Origin: an uncultured Desulfosarcina sp.
Lineage (GTDB): Bacteria > Desulfobacterota > Desulfobacteria > Desulfobacterales > Desulfosarcinaceae
Direction of reading: 5' to 3'
Length of the DNA stretch: 64,000 bases
Assembly: GCA_963674945.2 (NCBI GenBank)
Contig: CAXXWQ010000003.1
Coordinates: 608,001 to 672,000 of the forward strand
Shown here in pieces: positions 31,955 to 42,355 of the stretch. Numbering within the stretch: position 1 is the stretch's first letter; every line of letters begins with the position of its first letter. The translations under genes were made by a program, and so were the position numbers. The notes under the pieces were generated by a model. The model ran no database searches. It saw only the letters and a list, made by a program, of their open reading frames with translations, and was not told where the DNA came from.

Positions 31955-32452
31955 CTAAAACGGCCAAAACCCACTGTCATTCCAGATACGCTCCTTCAGG
32001 TCATTGTCGATGGCGGCGAGGAAATCAAGATGTTCCGTTTCCCAATTTGCCAGCCACTGATACAGTTTTTTCTCTTCCGGATCCTTTGCCGATTTCGCCC
32101 TTTCCGTATAAAGAGAGATGGCACGCTCCTCCATCAGCATGGCGGCCGAAATGGCGGCGGCTTCGAAATCTGCAGCCGAGATACGGTCCTTCACCTGGGG
32201 CGTCAGCACATGCTTTGAGACCGTCCCGGTTCCCGATGATTCCTGCGCCTTGAATTTCCCGCTCTCGGCAACCGACTTGAACTGATCGGACAGCACCTTG
32301 ATATGGTTGGCCTCCTCTTCGGCCATGGTGAAAAAGAAAGATTTCACATCGTCGTTGGTGGACTGGCCAGCGACAGCCCGATAAAAGGATTTACCCCGTT
32401 CCTCCAATAAGATCGCTTGTTTCAGGATATCCAACGAATCATTGTTAGCCAT
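31955..32452 (-). CDS. Ferritin-like/rubrerythrin-family protein
   Basis: E..G..FY, EE..H, E...Y and WE..H di-iron motifs. Confidence 0.88.
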   Translation of the reverse strand: MANNDSLDILKQAILLEERGKSFYRAVAGQSTNDDVKSFFFTMAEEEANHIKVLSDQFKSVAESGKFKAQESSGTGTVSKHVLTPQVKDRISAADFEAAAISAAMLMEERAISLYTERAKSAKDPEEKKLYQWLANWETEHLDFLAAIDNDLKERIWNDSGFWPF

Positions 32453-32742
32453 CGATCCCTCCTGCTTGGTATTTTCTCACCTGCCGGATTGTGATGAGGA
32501 TAAATATTCATCCCGGCTGTAAAAAGGAAGTTGTGAATACGAAACCAGTTAGACTATCCGCAAAGACAATAAAAAACGATTTATTTGTGTGTGGATGTCT
32601 GACCATACGCATTCATAGAACATAAGAAATGCCACATTGAAAAGCAAGCGACTTGGTCCCGACGAGGATACTCGTTTACAGATGCCCGGATGATTTGAAA
32701 AAGCGACAGAAACAGCTATAAAGAGCAAAGCGAACGCCATCG

Positions 32743-32967
32743 GTGGATCGGCTTTCGTCCGGGCAGGCAGCTCGTCTTATCGGTGTCTGGCGCCTGACGG
32801 AACGGAATATCGGACACGGTAGCGTAATCTGCTTGGAAGATTTGGAGAAGGGCAATGGCCGATGCCGTATCAAAGTGCACGGATATCGACTTTTTCTGAA
32901 AAGTGATGACGTTTCCCCGATCGAGCTCGAATTGATCCCGACGATCCGTTCCCCCGGACAAGAATGA
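32743..32967 (+). CDS. Possible FeoA-like small protein (may be degenerate)
   Basis: L..GQ.ARL..V, RL...IG.GS.I and IKV.GYRL.L.......IE resemble FeoA; weak RBS. Confidence 0.35.
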   Translation: MDRLSSGQAARLIGVWRLTERNIGHGSVICLEDLEKGNGRCRIKVHGYRLFLKSDDVSPIELELIPTIRSPGQE

Positions 32968-32996
32968 TAGGGTTACACCGGATCCATGCGGGCAGG

Positions 32997-33281
32997 TTAC
33001 TCGCCGTTCACCCGCTCTCGCAGGCAACCGGAACACTTGAAGGTCACAACCCGCCGTGCCGGTAGCATCGCCGACTCTCCCGTGGCCGGGTTTCGTCCCA
33101 TTCGTGCCCTCTTTTCCTTAACGCAAAACTTTCCGAATCCACTGATCAATACGTCATCACCGTCTTCGAGGGACTGCTTCATGCTCTCCAGTAGGATCTC
33201 GATGATCTGTGATGATTTTGCCTTGGGATACCCCATGGAAAGGTACAACTTTTCTACGATGTCCGCCTTTGTGAGTGCCAT
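32997..33281 (-). CDS. ihfA: Integration host factor alpha subunit
   Basis: MALTKADIV, VLISGFGKF, R.GRNPATGE and RRVVTF motifs. Confidence 0.92.
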   Translation of the reverse strand: MALTKADIVEKLYLSMGYPKAKSSQIIEILLESMKQSLEDGDDVLISGFGKFCVKEKRARMGRNPATGESAMLPARRVVTFKCSGCLRERVNGE

Positions 33282-33544
33282 TTGGCCATTCCTTGACTTT
33301 GTTTCGATTGGTTTGCTTCCAACGGGTAGATCTAATCATCCGGAAGAGATGAAAAAAAGGGGCCGGGTGGTGAGTAAATATTCACTCCGACTCTCTTGGC
33401 AGGGGTTCCACACCGGCCCCGAGCGGAATACTGGAGGTGCCAGAGAACACATTCCGCTCGGTATCTATACAACGAGATGACAATGGCTGCAATACATGAG
33501 GGATAATTTTCTGTATTCCATGTTTCGAAAAACGGATGCGGGAT

Positions 33545-34330
33545 CTACCACTCACTTCGGAGTTGTCTCTCCACATCCGGCCACCGCTTCTCGAGATTGG
33601 CGATGGCATCCAACGCGATATCCAGATGGGTCCCCATGTGTTTGTCATAAATTTCCGCGTGCAGCTTCTTGTCTTTGATCCCTCTTCGCTTCAACGGCAT
33701 GTCCGATACCAACATGATGGAACCGATGGGCACCTCATATCGATACGCCACGGAGAACAATGTTGCCAGCTCCATTTCAATGGCCAAGATGCGCTGGCAA
33801 CGCAAGTAGTTCACGAAATCTTCGTCGAACTCCCACAGGCGTCGGTCAGTGGTGTAAACGACACCGCAGCGGGGAACGATTTTCCTGGCCTTCACCGCAC
33901 CGAGGCAAAGCAGGTTCACCGACATGGCCGGCAATGCGGGAAACTCCATTGGCAGATAATGGCGACTCGTCCCCTCGCCACGGATGGCGGCGGTCGGAAC
34001 CACGAAATCTCCCACTTCCAGGATGTCATCGACGCCTCCGCACATGCCGAGCATGACCACGGATTTTAAATTATCCAGGTAGGCAAGACCATTGATCACC
34101 AAGGCGGCCTGGGGTGATCCGATACCGAAGTCGATCATGGTGCAATCCAGATCCGGAACATTGACGATACGGAAATTTCCCTCATGGATCTCGCATCCCG
34201 TCTTTTCCGAAAAGGCCTGTATGTATTTCCGAAAATTGGTGATCAACACGTGACTGCGAAACTCTCCCAAACTGCAATTGGTATAGCGCTCCAGCGTCTG
34301 ACGAATATATTCGTGTTCTTTGAGTACCAT
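33545..34330 (-). CDS. amn: AMP nucleosidase (short form)
   Basis: LERYT, LITNF, FGIGSPQAAL, AIRGEGTS.HY, EME.ATLF and VSD.P motifs. Confidence 0.85.
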   Translation of the reverse strand: MVLKEHEYIRQTLERYTNCSLGEFRSHVLITNFRKYIQAFSEKTGCEIHEGNFRIVNVPDLDCTMIDFGIGSPQAALVINGLAYLDNLKSVVMLGMCGGVDDILEVGDFVVPTAAIRGEGTSRHYLPMEFPALPAMSVNLLCLGAVKARKIVPRCGVVYTTDRRLWEFDEDFVNYLRCQRILAIEMELATLFSVAYRYEVPIGSIMLVSDMPLKRRGIKDKKLHAEIYDKHMGTHLDIALDAIANLEKRWPDVERQLRSEW

Positions 34331-34350
34331 CGCGTCGTTATTCCATCCTT

Positions 34351-34379
34351 GACGGCTTCCTAAAAAGTCCGACTTTTTA
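34351..34379. repeat. Internally deleted copy of the 6081-6230 element
   Basis: gacggcttcctaaaaagtccga matches 6083-6104 at 20 of 22 positions and runs straight into actttta-like right-end sequence. Confidence 0.6.
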
Positions 34380-34448
34380 TTCGCTCATCATCCGTAGGGG
34401 TTGATAAAATGGTAAAAAGATTTTCCGTGCTCGTTTTGCTATCGGTTT

Positions 34449-35708
34449 CTATATTTTGCGCCCGAACGCTCGATCCGCCAACGCCCGGTTGCGCGGCCGC
34501 ATGGTTCCGTCCGCTTGTTCCCTTCGCATCACCTGCTGAAACAGGCTGGACATTTTCATGCTCTGGGATTCGGTATGATAAAAGGACTCCCAGGCATGGG
34601 CCAACAGCTCCTGTAACCGCTGGGCAGACATATTCTTGGGTTGATACACCACCTGGTCCGCCGTATACCGGTTCCAGTCAAAGCTCACAATTCGATTCTG
34701 CCGCTTCAATTCTTCATACGCCCGCGTGTGGGGAAAGGGGGTAAGCACCGTGAATTCCGCCAGATCCAGCTCGATCTCCAGCAGAAAATCGATCAGCCGC
34801 AAAATGCTCTCCTCGGTATGATCGTCCAGCCCCAGCAAAATCGTGCCCTCGACGCCGATGCCGTGGTCGTGGTAGCGTCTGATACGCTCCCGTATGAAAT
34901 CCGATGTATTGAAAACCGCCTGGTAGACGTACCATGCACCGGCCTGGGCCGCCAGATCCAACACCTTTGCATCATTCTCGATGGGATGACAACACCATTT
35001 TTTCTTCAACGGAATCATCTCCGTAAAAAGCGCCGTCTCCCATTTTGTATCCTGGGCCAGTGAATTGTCCACGATAAAAAGCCGGTTATTGTCGATGGCC
35101 GCCATCTCCGCCACCGCCTTTTCGATGGGTCGGGGCCGAAATTTTCTCCCCCCCAAAAAGGAGACGCAGCAGGGGTAACAATTGAAGCGACATCCCCGGG
35201 ATGCGTGGACCAGATCCACCATCTGGATGCCGCGGTAGTTGTACAGCTCCCGGTTCAGAATATCCCGTCTGGCGTTTCCCACCGTTTCGATGGGTGGCGG
35301 ATCGGACAGGTAATCGTATCTTTTTTTTAGCCGACCGGCCCGAAGATCGGCAATCACACCCTCCATTCGACCTTCCGCTTCACCGAGGAAAACCGCGTCG
35401 GCATGCTGTTGGGTCTCATCGGCATGAAGCATGGTGGCGATTCCTCCGAAAATCACCGGAATCCCACGGGCACGATAACCATCGGCGATTTCCCATCCGC
35501 GTTTCACCTGGACAGTGAGCATCATGGAGATACCGACCACGTCCACCGGCGCATCCATGTCCAGATCGGACAGATTCTCGTCGACGAATTCCACATCCAC
35601 ATCCGACGGCAAAGTGGCTGCAAAGACAACCGGGCCATGGGGCGGAAGGTGAAATTCCGTCTGATACCGCAGTTTGGGCCAACGGGGGTATATAAGCGTA
35701 AACTTCAT
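34449..35708 (-). CDS. B12-binding radical SAM protein
   Basis: VIFGGI.AT (B12-binding domain); SRGCRFNCYPC; TPFPHT. Confidence 0.9.
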   Translation of the reverse strand: MKFTLIYPRWPKLRYQTEFHLPPHGPVVFAATLPSDVDVEFVDENLSDLDMDAPVDVVGISMMLTVQVKRGWEIADGYRARGIPVIFGGIATMLHADETQQHADAVFLGEAEGRMEGVIADLRAGRLKKRYDYLSDPPPIETVGNARRDILNRELYNYRGIQMVDLVHASRGCRFNCYPCCVSFLGGRKFRPRPIEKAVAEMAAIDNNRLFIVDNSLAQDTKWETALFTEMIPLKKKWCCHPIENDAKVLDLAAQAGAWYVYQAVFNTSDFIRERIRRYHDHGIGVEGTILLGLDDHTEESILRLIDFLLEIELDLAEFTVLTPFPHTRAYEELKRQNRIVSFDWNRYTADQVVYQPKNMSAQRLQELLAHAWESFYHTESQSMKMSSLFQQVMRREQADGTMRPRNRALADRAFGRKI

Positions 35709-35735
35709 GGAATCGAAACCTTATATAAATCCGGC

Positions 35736-36374
35736 TCAGGGAAGCAAAATCGCCTCAACCAGTGTCATATCCAGTTTGTAACCGTGGCGGGCTTTTGATG
35801 CAAGGGTCAATTTTTTCGCTACCCCACGCCCATCGACACCGCAGGCGACGACCATCCGCTCGGGGTCGTACTGCCGAATGTGCCAGATGTTGTCGTCTGT
35901 ATTGAAAACATCCACGATCCGGTCGTCATCGGTATGGTAACGGCACCCCCGTGCACCCTCGGGGAAAATGGCTGCCACGGGTTCGGATGTGGCCTTCGGT
36001 TCGAAGAACAGAAGGCGGAGATCCTGAATCAAGCCATCTGCAAAATCCGGATTTTCGAAGGGTCCGATTGCACGTTTGACTGTGATGCCGTCACCGGCCA
36101 CCGCTTCAAAAAGCACCATGCCTTCCAGGGTCATCAACACGCAGTGGATGGATCGCACCTTGGCGGACAAGACGACAACACCGGTAAACGTTGCCCGATG
36201 CCCTCCACCAAGATGGGCGTCGATGGTATGCACCAGTTGCCACCGGCCCGACGGAAAGATGGATCGACATCGGCTGTGGATGACCCGTTTGTCTCCGGTG
36301 TCCATGGGCGTAACGGCGGGAATGTGTGTGCAGGCCACGACCAGAAGGATCAGGGCCAAGAGGCTGCGGATCAT
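35736..36374 (-). CDS. Lipoprotein of the lipid cluster
   Basis: Lipobox VVAC; start overlaps the stop of the LolA-like gene. Confidence 0.75.
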   Translation of the reverse strand: MIRSLLALILLVVACTHIPAVTPMDTGDKRVIHSRCRSIFPSGRWQLVHTIDAHLGGGHRATFTGVVVLSAKVRSIHCVLMTLEGMVLFEAVAGDGITVKRAIGPFENPDFADGLIQDLRLLFFEPKATSEPVAAIFPEGARGCRYHTDDDRIVDVFNTDDNIWHIRQYDPERMVVACGVDGRGVAKKLTLASKARHGYKLDMTLVEAILLP

Positions 36375-36994
36375 TGCGCTTCCTCGAACAGGTGCGGATT
36401 CAGGTCCGGATTGATGCGCGTTTTTGTAAAGATCATCTTTGTGTACGCATCCTCGCTTTCGAAAATGAGCACCTGCTCGATCACACCCGGTGTGTCGGCC
36501 AATGTCAATTCGATTCGCTGTATCAGGCGTTTCATGCCGTCATCCTTGGGAATCAGTACGATTTCGTGTTCTCCCCGGATAGAAGCCGTGAACATGGGGC
36601 TGTCTTGAAACCGCCCGCCGAGCATGCCGCCGATTTCCGGCATCACGGATTGCATGGCCGTTAGATGGATGCCATGATCTTCCACCATCCGTTCACCGGT
36701 CTGGATGAACCGCCGTACTTCGCCATCTTTGGCAATCAGGACGCTTTTGACCGGTGAGGTGTATTCCCACCGCAGTGCATCGGGTTTTCGGTAACACAAG
36801 CGTCCCCTGGATACCAGCGGCCGGACCAATATCGGCAAGTGCTTCTCCTGTACGAAATCGGCACGAATGGCCTCGATCCCCTTGGCCGCATCGGCAATGC
36901 CGTCCCAGGTGTCGGCCCAGGCAAAACAGATACAGGGCCACAACAAAGAGAGGAAGACAATAAAACGCCCTCTTATTGTTTTGGAATTCAACAT
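36371..36994 (-). CDS. LolA-like lipid/lipoprotein carrier
   Basis: ADFVQEKHL..L..PLVSRG....KPD.LRWEY..P motif. Confidence 0.85.
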   Translation of the reverse strand: MLNSKTIRGRFIVFLSLLWPCICFAWADTWDGIADAAKGIEAIRADFVQEKHLPILVRPLVSRGRLCYRKPDALRWEYTSPVKSVLIAKDGEVRRFIQTGERMVEDHGIHLTAMQSVMPEIGGMLGGRFQDSPMFTASIRGEHEIVLIPKDDGMKRLIQRIELTLADTPGVIEQVLIFESEDAYTKMIFTKTRINPDLNPHLFEEAQ

Positions 36995-37144
36995 TGATGA
37001 AATTTTGAATTGCATTGAAAAATTTACCAGCTCTGAGTCCGCGAATAGAATAATTGCTGTCAATGAAACCTCGGGCGCTACCCCTACGACCGGAAGATGT
37101 TCGAACCGGTTCGGCGAGACACGCAATCTTCAGAAGCTTCTTGT

Positions 37145-37312
37145 AAACGTCGAACATCGAACGTCCAACGTCGAATGTGGAGATCGCTTCGCTCCATCGT
37201 TCCATAAAAACTATCAGTCATTTGTTTCCGTCTGTAAAGCAGGGCGTTTCGATCAGGATCGACAGAATGCCTTATTCGAAGTTCGATGTTGGAAGTTCGA
37301 TGTTCGGCGTTC
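37145..37312. repeat. Inverted pair of heptamer arrays (gaacRtc x5 ... gaWgttc x6) around a ~90-nt core
   Basis: aaacgtc gaacatc gaacgtc caacgtc gaatgtg ... cttattc gaagttc gatgttg gaagttc gatgttc ggcgttc. Confidence 0.8.
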
Positions 37313-37338
37313 ATTGGCCATTTCTGGATGGGCACAAG

Positions 37339-38076
37339 TTAGATCATGCCGCCGTTTACGGATATAACCTGCCCACAAACATACGAGGCATCGTCCGAGC
37401 AGAGAAACCGTACCACCCGTGCCACCTCCTCCGGTTTTCCCACCCGTGCCATGGGAATCAAGGCCTTGAGGTTGGTCAGCGGCAGATCCTTGATCATGTC
37501 CGTATCGATGAGCCCCGGGGCAACCACATTTACACGGATGCCCATCCGGGCAACCTCGGCAGCCAGGCTTCGGCTGGCACCGATGAGCCCCGCTTTCGCC
37601 GCACTGTAGTTGGCCTGTCCCCGGTTCGCCACAAGGCCGGATGCGGAAGCGATGGAAACCACATTTCCTTTTCGCTGACGGATCATCTTCTCGATGATGG
37701 GCCGGGTCACGTTGAAAAAGCCATCGAGCGTCGTGTCCACCACCCGGTTCCAATTATTCCGGGACATCATCAAAAAAAGACCGTCGGCGGTGACACCCGC
37801 ATTGTTGACCAGTACGTCAACCGTTTCGACGGAATCCAAAAGGTTCGTGAGGGCGTTGCTGGTCGCTTCCCCGTCGCGAACGTCGAATCCCAGGATGCGT
37901 CCCCCGCCACCTTCGGCTCGGACGGCCTCGATGGTTTTTTGGGCCCCTGCTTCGTCAGAATGGTAGTGGACCACCACATCGTATCCGGATCGGGCCATCT
38001 CTATACAAATGGCCCGACCGATGCCCTTGGAGCCGCCGGTTATCAGCGCGAGCGGCCTTTTCTCGTTTTCCCTCAT
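37339..38076 (-). CDS. fabG: 3-oxoacyl-ACP reductase
   Basis: TGGSKGIG, NNAG, YSAAK, VAPG.I.T.M and GQVISVNGG motifs. Confidence 0.93.
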   Translation of the reverse strand: MRENEKRPLALITGGSKGIGRAICIEMARSGYDVVVHYHSDEAGAQKTIEAVRAEGGGGRILGFDVRDGEATSNALTNLLDSVETVDVLVNNAGVTADGLFLMMSRNNWNRVVDTTLDGFFNVTRPIIEKMIRQRKGNVVSIASASGLVANRGQANYSAAKAGLIGASRSLAAEVARMGIRVNVVAPGLIDTDMIKDLPLTNLKALIPMARVGKPEEVARVVRFLCSDDASYVCGQVISVNGGMI

Positions 38077-38242
38077 TGATTTTTCCAACCTCGCTTTTAC
38101 CGGCCACCTAATTCGAAGAAAACCGGATTACTGAACATCGAACATCGAACGTTGACCGCTTCGAAAAAAAGCTACTGCCGATTGGGTGTCTCGCCGGACC
38201 GCTCCGAACCTCTTCGGGTCGCTCGGAAATGTCTACAGACGC

Positions 38243-38686
38243 TCATTCCGGATCACCATCCACCACCTGCAAAACCACTTCGGCCGCCAAACGACCGTCG
38301 ATGGATGCAGTCCCCGCGATTTCACGAAGGGTGTCGAATACGAAGGCGTTTTTCGCCGTCGTCGTAATGGCCGCCCCGGGATGGATGCCGGCTACATGAA
38401 ACGTCGCGCTCTTCACCCCCACCAGCCACCCCCGTGCCGCCGCCGCCTCGCCCCTGGTTTTCAGCCGGTGCAATCCGTTGTGCACACCCGAAGTCTGGGC
38501 CACCAACTCAACCAGTATCAGCGCATTGACGGCACCGTCCCGGAAAAGGGGCCAATCCCTTTTCGCCACGGACAGGGTCGTGGCCTGTTCATCGTCCAGA
38601 GATAGGATTTCATCCACCAGTAACATCCGACCGCGGTGGGGTAGCAGCAGGGAAGGGGGCAACGGATGCGATAGGTTTGTCGGCAT
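38243..38686 (-). CDS. Hotdog-fold 3-hydroxyacyl-ACP dehydratase subunit (ApeP-like)
   Basis: LLPHRGRMLLVD, ELVAQ and GWLVGV motifs. Confidence 0.8.
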   Translation of the reverse strand: MPTNLSHPLPPSLLLPHRGRMLLVDEILSLDDEQATTLSVAKRDWPLFRDGAVNALILVELVAQTSGVHNGLHRLKTRGEAAAARGWLVGVKSATFHVAGIHPGAAITTTAKNAFVFDTLREIAGTASIDGRLAAEVVLQVVDGDPE

Positions 38687-38782
38687 GGGGCGCAAAAAAC
38701 CTTGAATTTGAAAAAAATCATTATTATTATTACTTTTTTTCAAATTCGGATAGTACACCAATTGAACGAAGCTGTAAAGGAT

Positions 38783-39082
38783 ATGCCCATGAACGACGCA
38801 CCGGCGGATCGATTTATCCATGAGCTGCGAATCAAGATCGTTGAAGCGTTGAACCTGCAAGATGTCTTACCAGAGGAGATCGACCCGGACGAACAGTTGG
38901 TGGGTGGACGATTGGGAATCGACTCCATCGATGTGCTGGAGATGGTGATGATGGTGGAAAAGGAGTACGATCTGACCATCGACAACAGGGAGTTGGGGGC
39001 ACAGGTTTTCGCTTCCATTCGTACCCTGTCCGCATTCATCGACGATCCAACGTCCGTCCGGCCCGTTGAAGGAGACGGATAA
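38783..39082 (+). CDS. Acyl carrier protein
   Basis: LGIDSIDVLE phosphopantetheine attachment site. Confidence 0.93.
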   Translation: MPMNDAPADRFIHELRIKIVEALNLQDVLPEEIDPDEQLVGGRLGIDSIDVLEMVMMVEKEYDLTIDNRELGAQVFASIRTLSAFIDDPTSVRPVEGDG

Positions 39083-39172
39083 GACAAAGGGGCGCGTCCA
39101 TCCGCGGCCTTGAAATTTCTCCGTTTCACCGGCGTGCCGGTGGTAAAAAAGGGGCCATGGACAACCAAAACA

Positions 39173-40525
39173 ATGAAGATCCTTCTGATCTCTGCAAATA
39201 CACTCACGGCCCCATACCCGGTCTACCCCATCGGTCTGGACCACGTGGCCGCATCCATTCCAGACAGACATGCGGTGCAGGTCATGGACCTCAATACATT
39301 GGAGGGTTCTTCCCAACTGTCCGACGGCATTCGTGGGTTCGGTCCTGACCTGATCGGCATCTCCATTCGTAACATCGACAACACGGACAACACCGACCCC
39401 GTCGGATTCATGGAGGCCTACCGACAGGTGATGCAGAGGGTGAGAGGCGCATCCGAGGCGCCGGTGGTCTTGGGAGGAAGTGGCTTTACCCTGTTTCCCC
39501 AGCGGCTGCTGGCAGATCTGGCGGCCGATTACGGCGTCGTCGGCGAAGGCGAACGCCTGCGGCATCTGATCGAAGCGATGGAAACCGGCAAGGACCCACG
39601 CGGCCTCGTCGGCATCCTCCTTCCCGGCGAAGCGAAGGCCCCCTTTCCACCACCGCTTACCGATCATCGTCACCCCATACCGAGGCAATCGCCGTCCCAC
39701 CGATCCTGGTACATCGATCATGGCGCCATGCTCAATGTGCAGACCAAACGGGGATGTCCGTTTCGGTGCATCTACTGCACCTACCCACGCATCGAGGGAA
39801 GGCGCCTACGCCTGGTGGACCCCGATGAAGTGGCGCGAACGGCAAAAGACATCGAAGCGGCAGGTGCACGTTACCTCTATATAACAGACTCGTCCTTCAA
39901 TGCCGACGTCGAACATTCTTTGCAGGTGGCGCGTTCTTTGAAAAAAGCCGGTGTCACCATTCCCTGGGGGGCCTTTTTTACTCCCGGGGACCTGCCCCCC
40001 GGCTATTTCGAAACCTTGAAAGATGCGGGTGCAAAGCACGTAGAGTTCGGCACCGATGCCCTTTCCGATGCTGTTTTGCAGACCTATAAAAAACCCTTTA
40101 CGGTGGCGCAGGTCTTTTCCGCTCACGAAGCAGCCCTGTCAGCCGGTTGTCACGTGGCCCACTACTTTCTGCTGGGCGGGCCGGGGGAGAACATGAATAC
40201 GCTGGCCGAAACCTTACGAAATATCGAAAGGCTCGAGAAAACGGTTCTGTTTTTTTTCTGTGGCATGCGCGTATATCCCCACACGGCGCTGTTTCGTCGG
40301 TGTGTGGAAACGGGAAGGCTGGAACGCGGCGCGGACCTGCTGGCACCTTTTTTTTATCAATCGAACGGCATAAAGACCGATACCATTTCAGCGCTCGTCG
40401 TGGAAAAAGCCCGGGGCCGCGCCAATTGGATCATCGGTGCCGGAGGGGAAAAGACCGCCGTCACGCTTCGTCGCATGTATGAAAAAGGTTTTTCAGGTCC
40501 GTTGTGGGAGTATCTCATACGCTGA
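39173..40525 (+). CDS. Lipid-biosynthesis B12-binding radical SAM protein
   Basis: PYPVYPIGL, SIRNIDN, LGGSGF, QTKRGCPFRCIYCTYP and GGPGE motifs. Confidence 0.9.
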   Translation: MKILLISANTLTAPYPVYPIGLDHVAASIPDRHAVQVMDLNTLEGSSQLSDGIRGFGPDLIGISIRNIDNTDNTDPVGFMEAYRQVMQRVRGASEAPVVLGGSGFTLFPQRLLADLAADYGVVGEGERLRHLIEAMETGKDPRGLVGILLPGEAKAPFPPPLTDHRHPIPRQSPSHRSWYIDHGAMLNVQTKRGCPFRCIYCTYPRIEGRRLRLVDPDEVARTAKDIEAAGARYLYITDSSFNADVEHSLQVARSLKKAGVTIPWGAFFTPGDLPPGYFETLKDAGAKHVEFGTDALSDAVLQTYKKPFTVAQVFSAHEAALSAGCHVAHYFLLGGPGENMNTLAETLRNIERLEKTVLFFFCGMRVYPHTALFRRCVETGRLERGADLLAPFFYQSNGIKTDTISALVVEKARGRANWIIGAGGEKTAVTLRRMYEKGFSGPLWEYLIR

Positions 40526-40590
40526 TGGGAGAATGATGTTATTTTGAATGAAATTTTCCGTAAATGGCAAAAACCGGGTTAGAAAATCCA

Positions 40591-40962
40591 ATGACATTGT
40601 GGTATAAATACACGTTTACTGATCGGCAAACGAATGGCAAGGCTACGGCCCGTGCCGTCGTGCCTTCGGATTCTCCCTGGTTCGACGGCCACTTTCCCGA
40701 AGACCCCGTACTGCCGGGTGTCGCCCAGTTGGCCATGGTTCATGACCTTTTGTGCCGGATGCACCGCCAATCTTCGCCGGTCCTGAAACTGCGCCGGGTT
40801 CGATTCAAACAGATGATTCGCCCCGACCAGGAACTGACCCTTACGGTGGAAGCCTGCGACGAGGCGGGCGATCATCGATTTCGCATAAGTGATTCCAACG
40901 GACTCATCTGCAGTGGGATGATGGTACTGGCGGAAAAAGCGCGGGAACGAACGGCGCCTTGA
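40591..40962 (+). CDS. FabA/FabZ-like dehydratase (ApeI-like)
   Basis: WFDGHFPEDPVLPGVAQL and VRFK..IRP motifs. Confidence 0.85.
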   Translation: MTLWYKYTFTDRQTNGKATARAVVPSDSPWFDGHFPEDPVLPGVAQLAMVHDLLCRMHRQSSPVLKLRRVRFKQMIRPDQELTLTVEACDEAGDHRFRISDSNGLICSGMMVLAEKARERTAP

Positions 40963-41008
40963 CATTGGGTGCCCCTCAAACCACTATACTAAGGAGATCT
41001 ACTTACAG

Positions 41009-41269
41009 ATGTCAGCCCAAACCGACAAAATCATTCAACACATTGCACAAATCATGATCGATGAACTCAAGCTGGAGGATGTCACCCCGGAGACCTTCGA
41101 CCCGGATATCGACCTGGTGGATGAAGTGGGCATCGACAGCATGGACCTGGCTACGGTGGCCCTGGTGCTGCGGGATGAATACGCCGTTCGCATCGACGAG
41201 GATGATTATCCCAAATTGACGACAGTACGGTTGATCGGTGAGTATATACAACAAAAACTGGCCGCATAG
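41009..41269 (+). CDS. Acyl carrier protein
   Basis: VGIDSMDL; acidic 86-aa protein. Confidence 0.93.
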   Translation: MSAQTDKIIQHIAQIMIDELKLEDVTPETFDPDIDLVDEVGIDSMDLATVALVLRDEYAVRIDEDDYPKLTTVRLIGEYIQQKLAA

Positions 41270-41277
41270 AATTATTC

Positions 41278-42342
41278 ATGGATGAACGAAAAACCTGGAA
41301 ATTTTCTGACCTGATCGCCGACCCTGAAGTCCGGGACCGGTGGGAAACGGTGCGCCGGTATTTTTTCCTGCGCGAGTCCACCTACGACATGACACGCCGG
41401 TGCAATATCCGCTGCAATGGGTGTTACTTTTACGAAGGCGAAAAGCAAAAGACCCGGGACAATACCAACCCCGACGATTGGCGAAAACACATTCGAAAAG
41501 AAAAGGCCCGCGGCATCACCTTCGTCGTGTTGGCAGGCGCAGAACCATCCCTGGTGCCCGAGCTGTGCCGGGTCTGTTATGACGAGATCCCCCTGGGGTG
41601 CATCGCAACCAACGGTCTCGTGCCCATTGCCGCATCCATCGGATACCGCATTCATGTCTCCGTTTGGGGAAATGACGAGACCAGCCTCGCCACGCGAAAC
41701 GCAAAAGATATGCTTTCCCGACAAATCGCCAATTACGCGGGCGATCCCCGGGCCACATTCGTATATACCTTTACCCGCCACAACATCGACCAGGCCGAAT
41801 CGGTGGTTCGCACACTTTCCGACCACGACGCCACGGTAACTTTCAACATGTTCAGCTCACCGGTGGGATACACCGGCAGTCTGCGTCACACCCCCCTCAG
41901 CCTGGCGGATACGCGACGGACCATGCTGCGACTGCTGGAACGATACCCGGATACGGTCCTGTTTTCATGGTACAGCGCCATGGCACACACCCATGAAAAG
42001 GGACTGCACGAACTGTTCGGATGCAGCTACCCCCGCCAAAACCCCAGCAAGGACCTGGGCCTCGGCCGTTCCTTTCGTCAATACCGCACCGATCTGACGT
42101 GGGATCGGGATGCGGCCTGCTGCGTTCCGGACACCGATTGTAACGACTGCCGTCATTACGCGGCGGCAAGCGCCATTGTCACGGCCCGACTGTTTCGCCA
42201 CGCCATCGACCCGGATACCTTTCGCTCCTGGCTCGACTTCGTGGACACCTACCTGGCCGTGTGGGTAAAAGGCTATCAAAAGGGCGACAACCTCTGCGAC
42301 AAAATCGTTGCTCCGCCTGGCGTGGAACTCACGGCCAATTGA
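41278..42342 (+). CDS. Radical SAM protein
   Basis: CNIRCNGC, GAEP and C-terminal CC...DC..C motifs. Confidence 0.88.
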   Translation: MDERKTWKFSDLIADPEVRDRWETVRRYFFLRESTYDMTRRCNIRCNGCYFYEGEKQKTRDNTNPDDWRKHIRKEKARGITFVVLAGAEPSLVPELCRVCYDEIPLGCIATNGLVPIAASIGYRIHVSVWGNDETSLATRNAKDMLSRQIANYAGDPRATFVYTFTRHNIDQAESVVRTLSDHDATVTFNMFSSPVGYTGSLRHTPLSLADTRRTMLRLLERYPDTVLFSWYSAMAHTHEKGLHELFGCSYPRQNPSKDLGLGRSFRQYRTDLTWDRDAACCVPDTDCNDCRHYAAASAIVTARLFRHAIDPDTFRSWLDFVDTYLAVWVKGYQKGDNLCDKIVAPPGVELTAN

Positions 42343-42355
42343 AGGATCGAACCCC

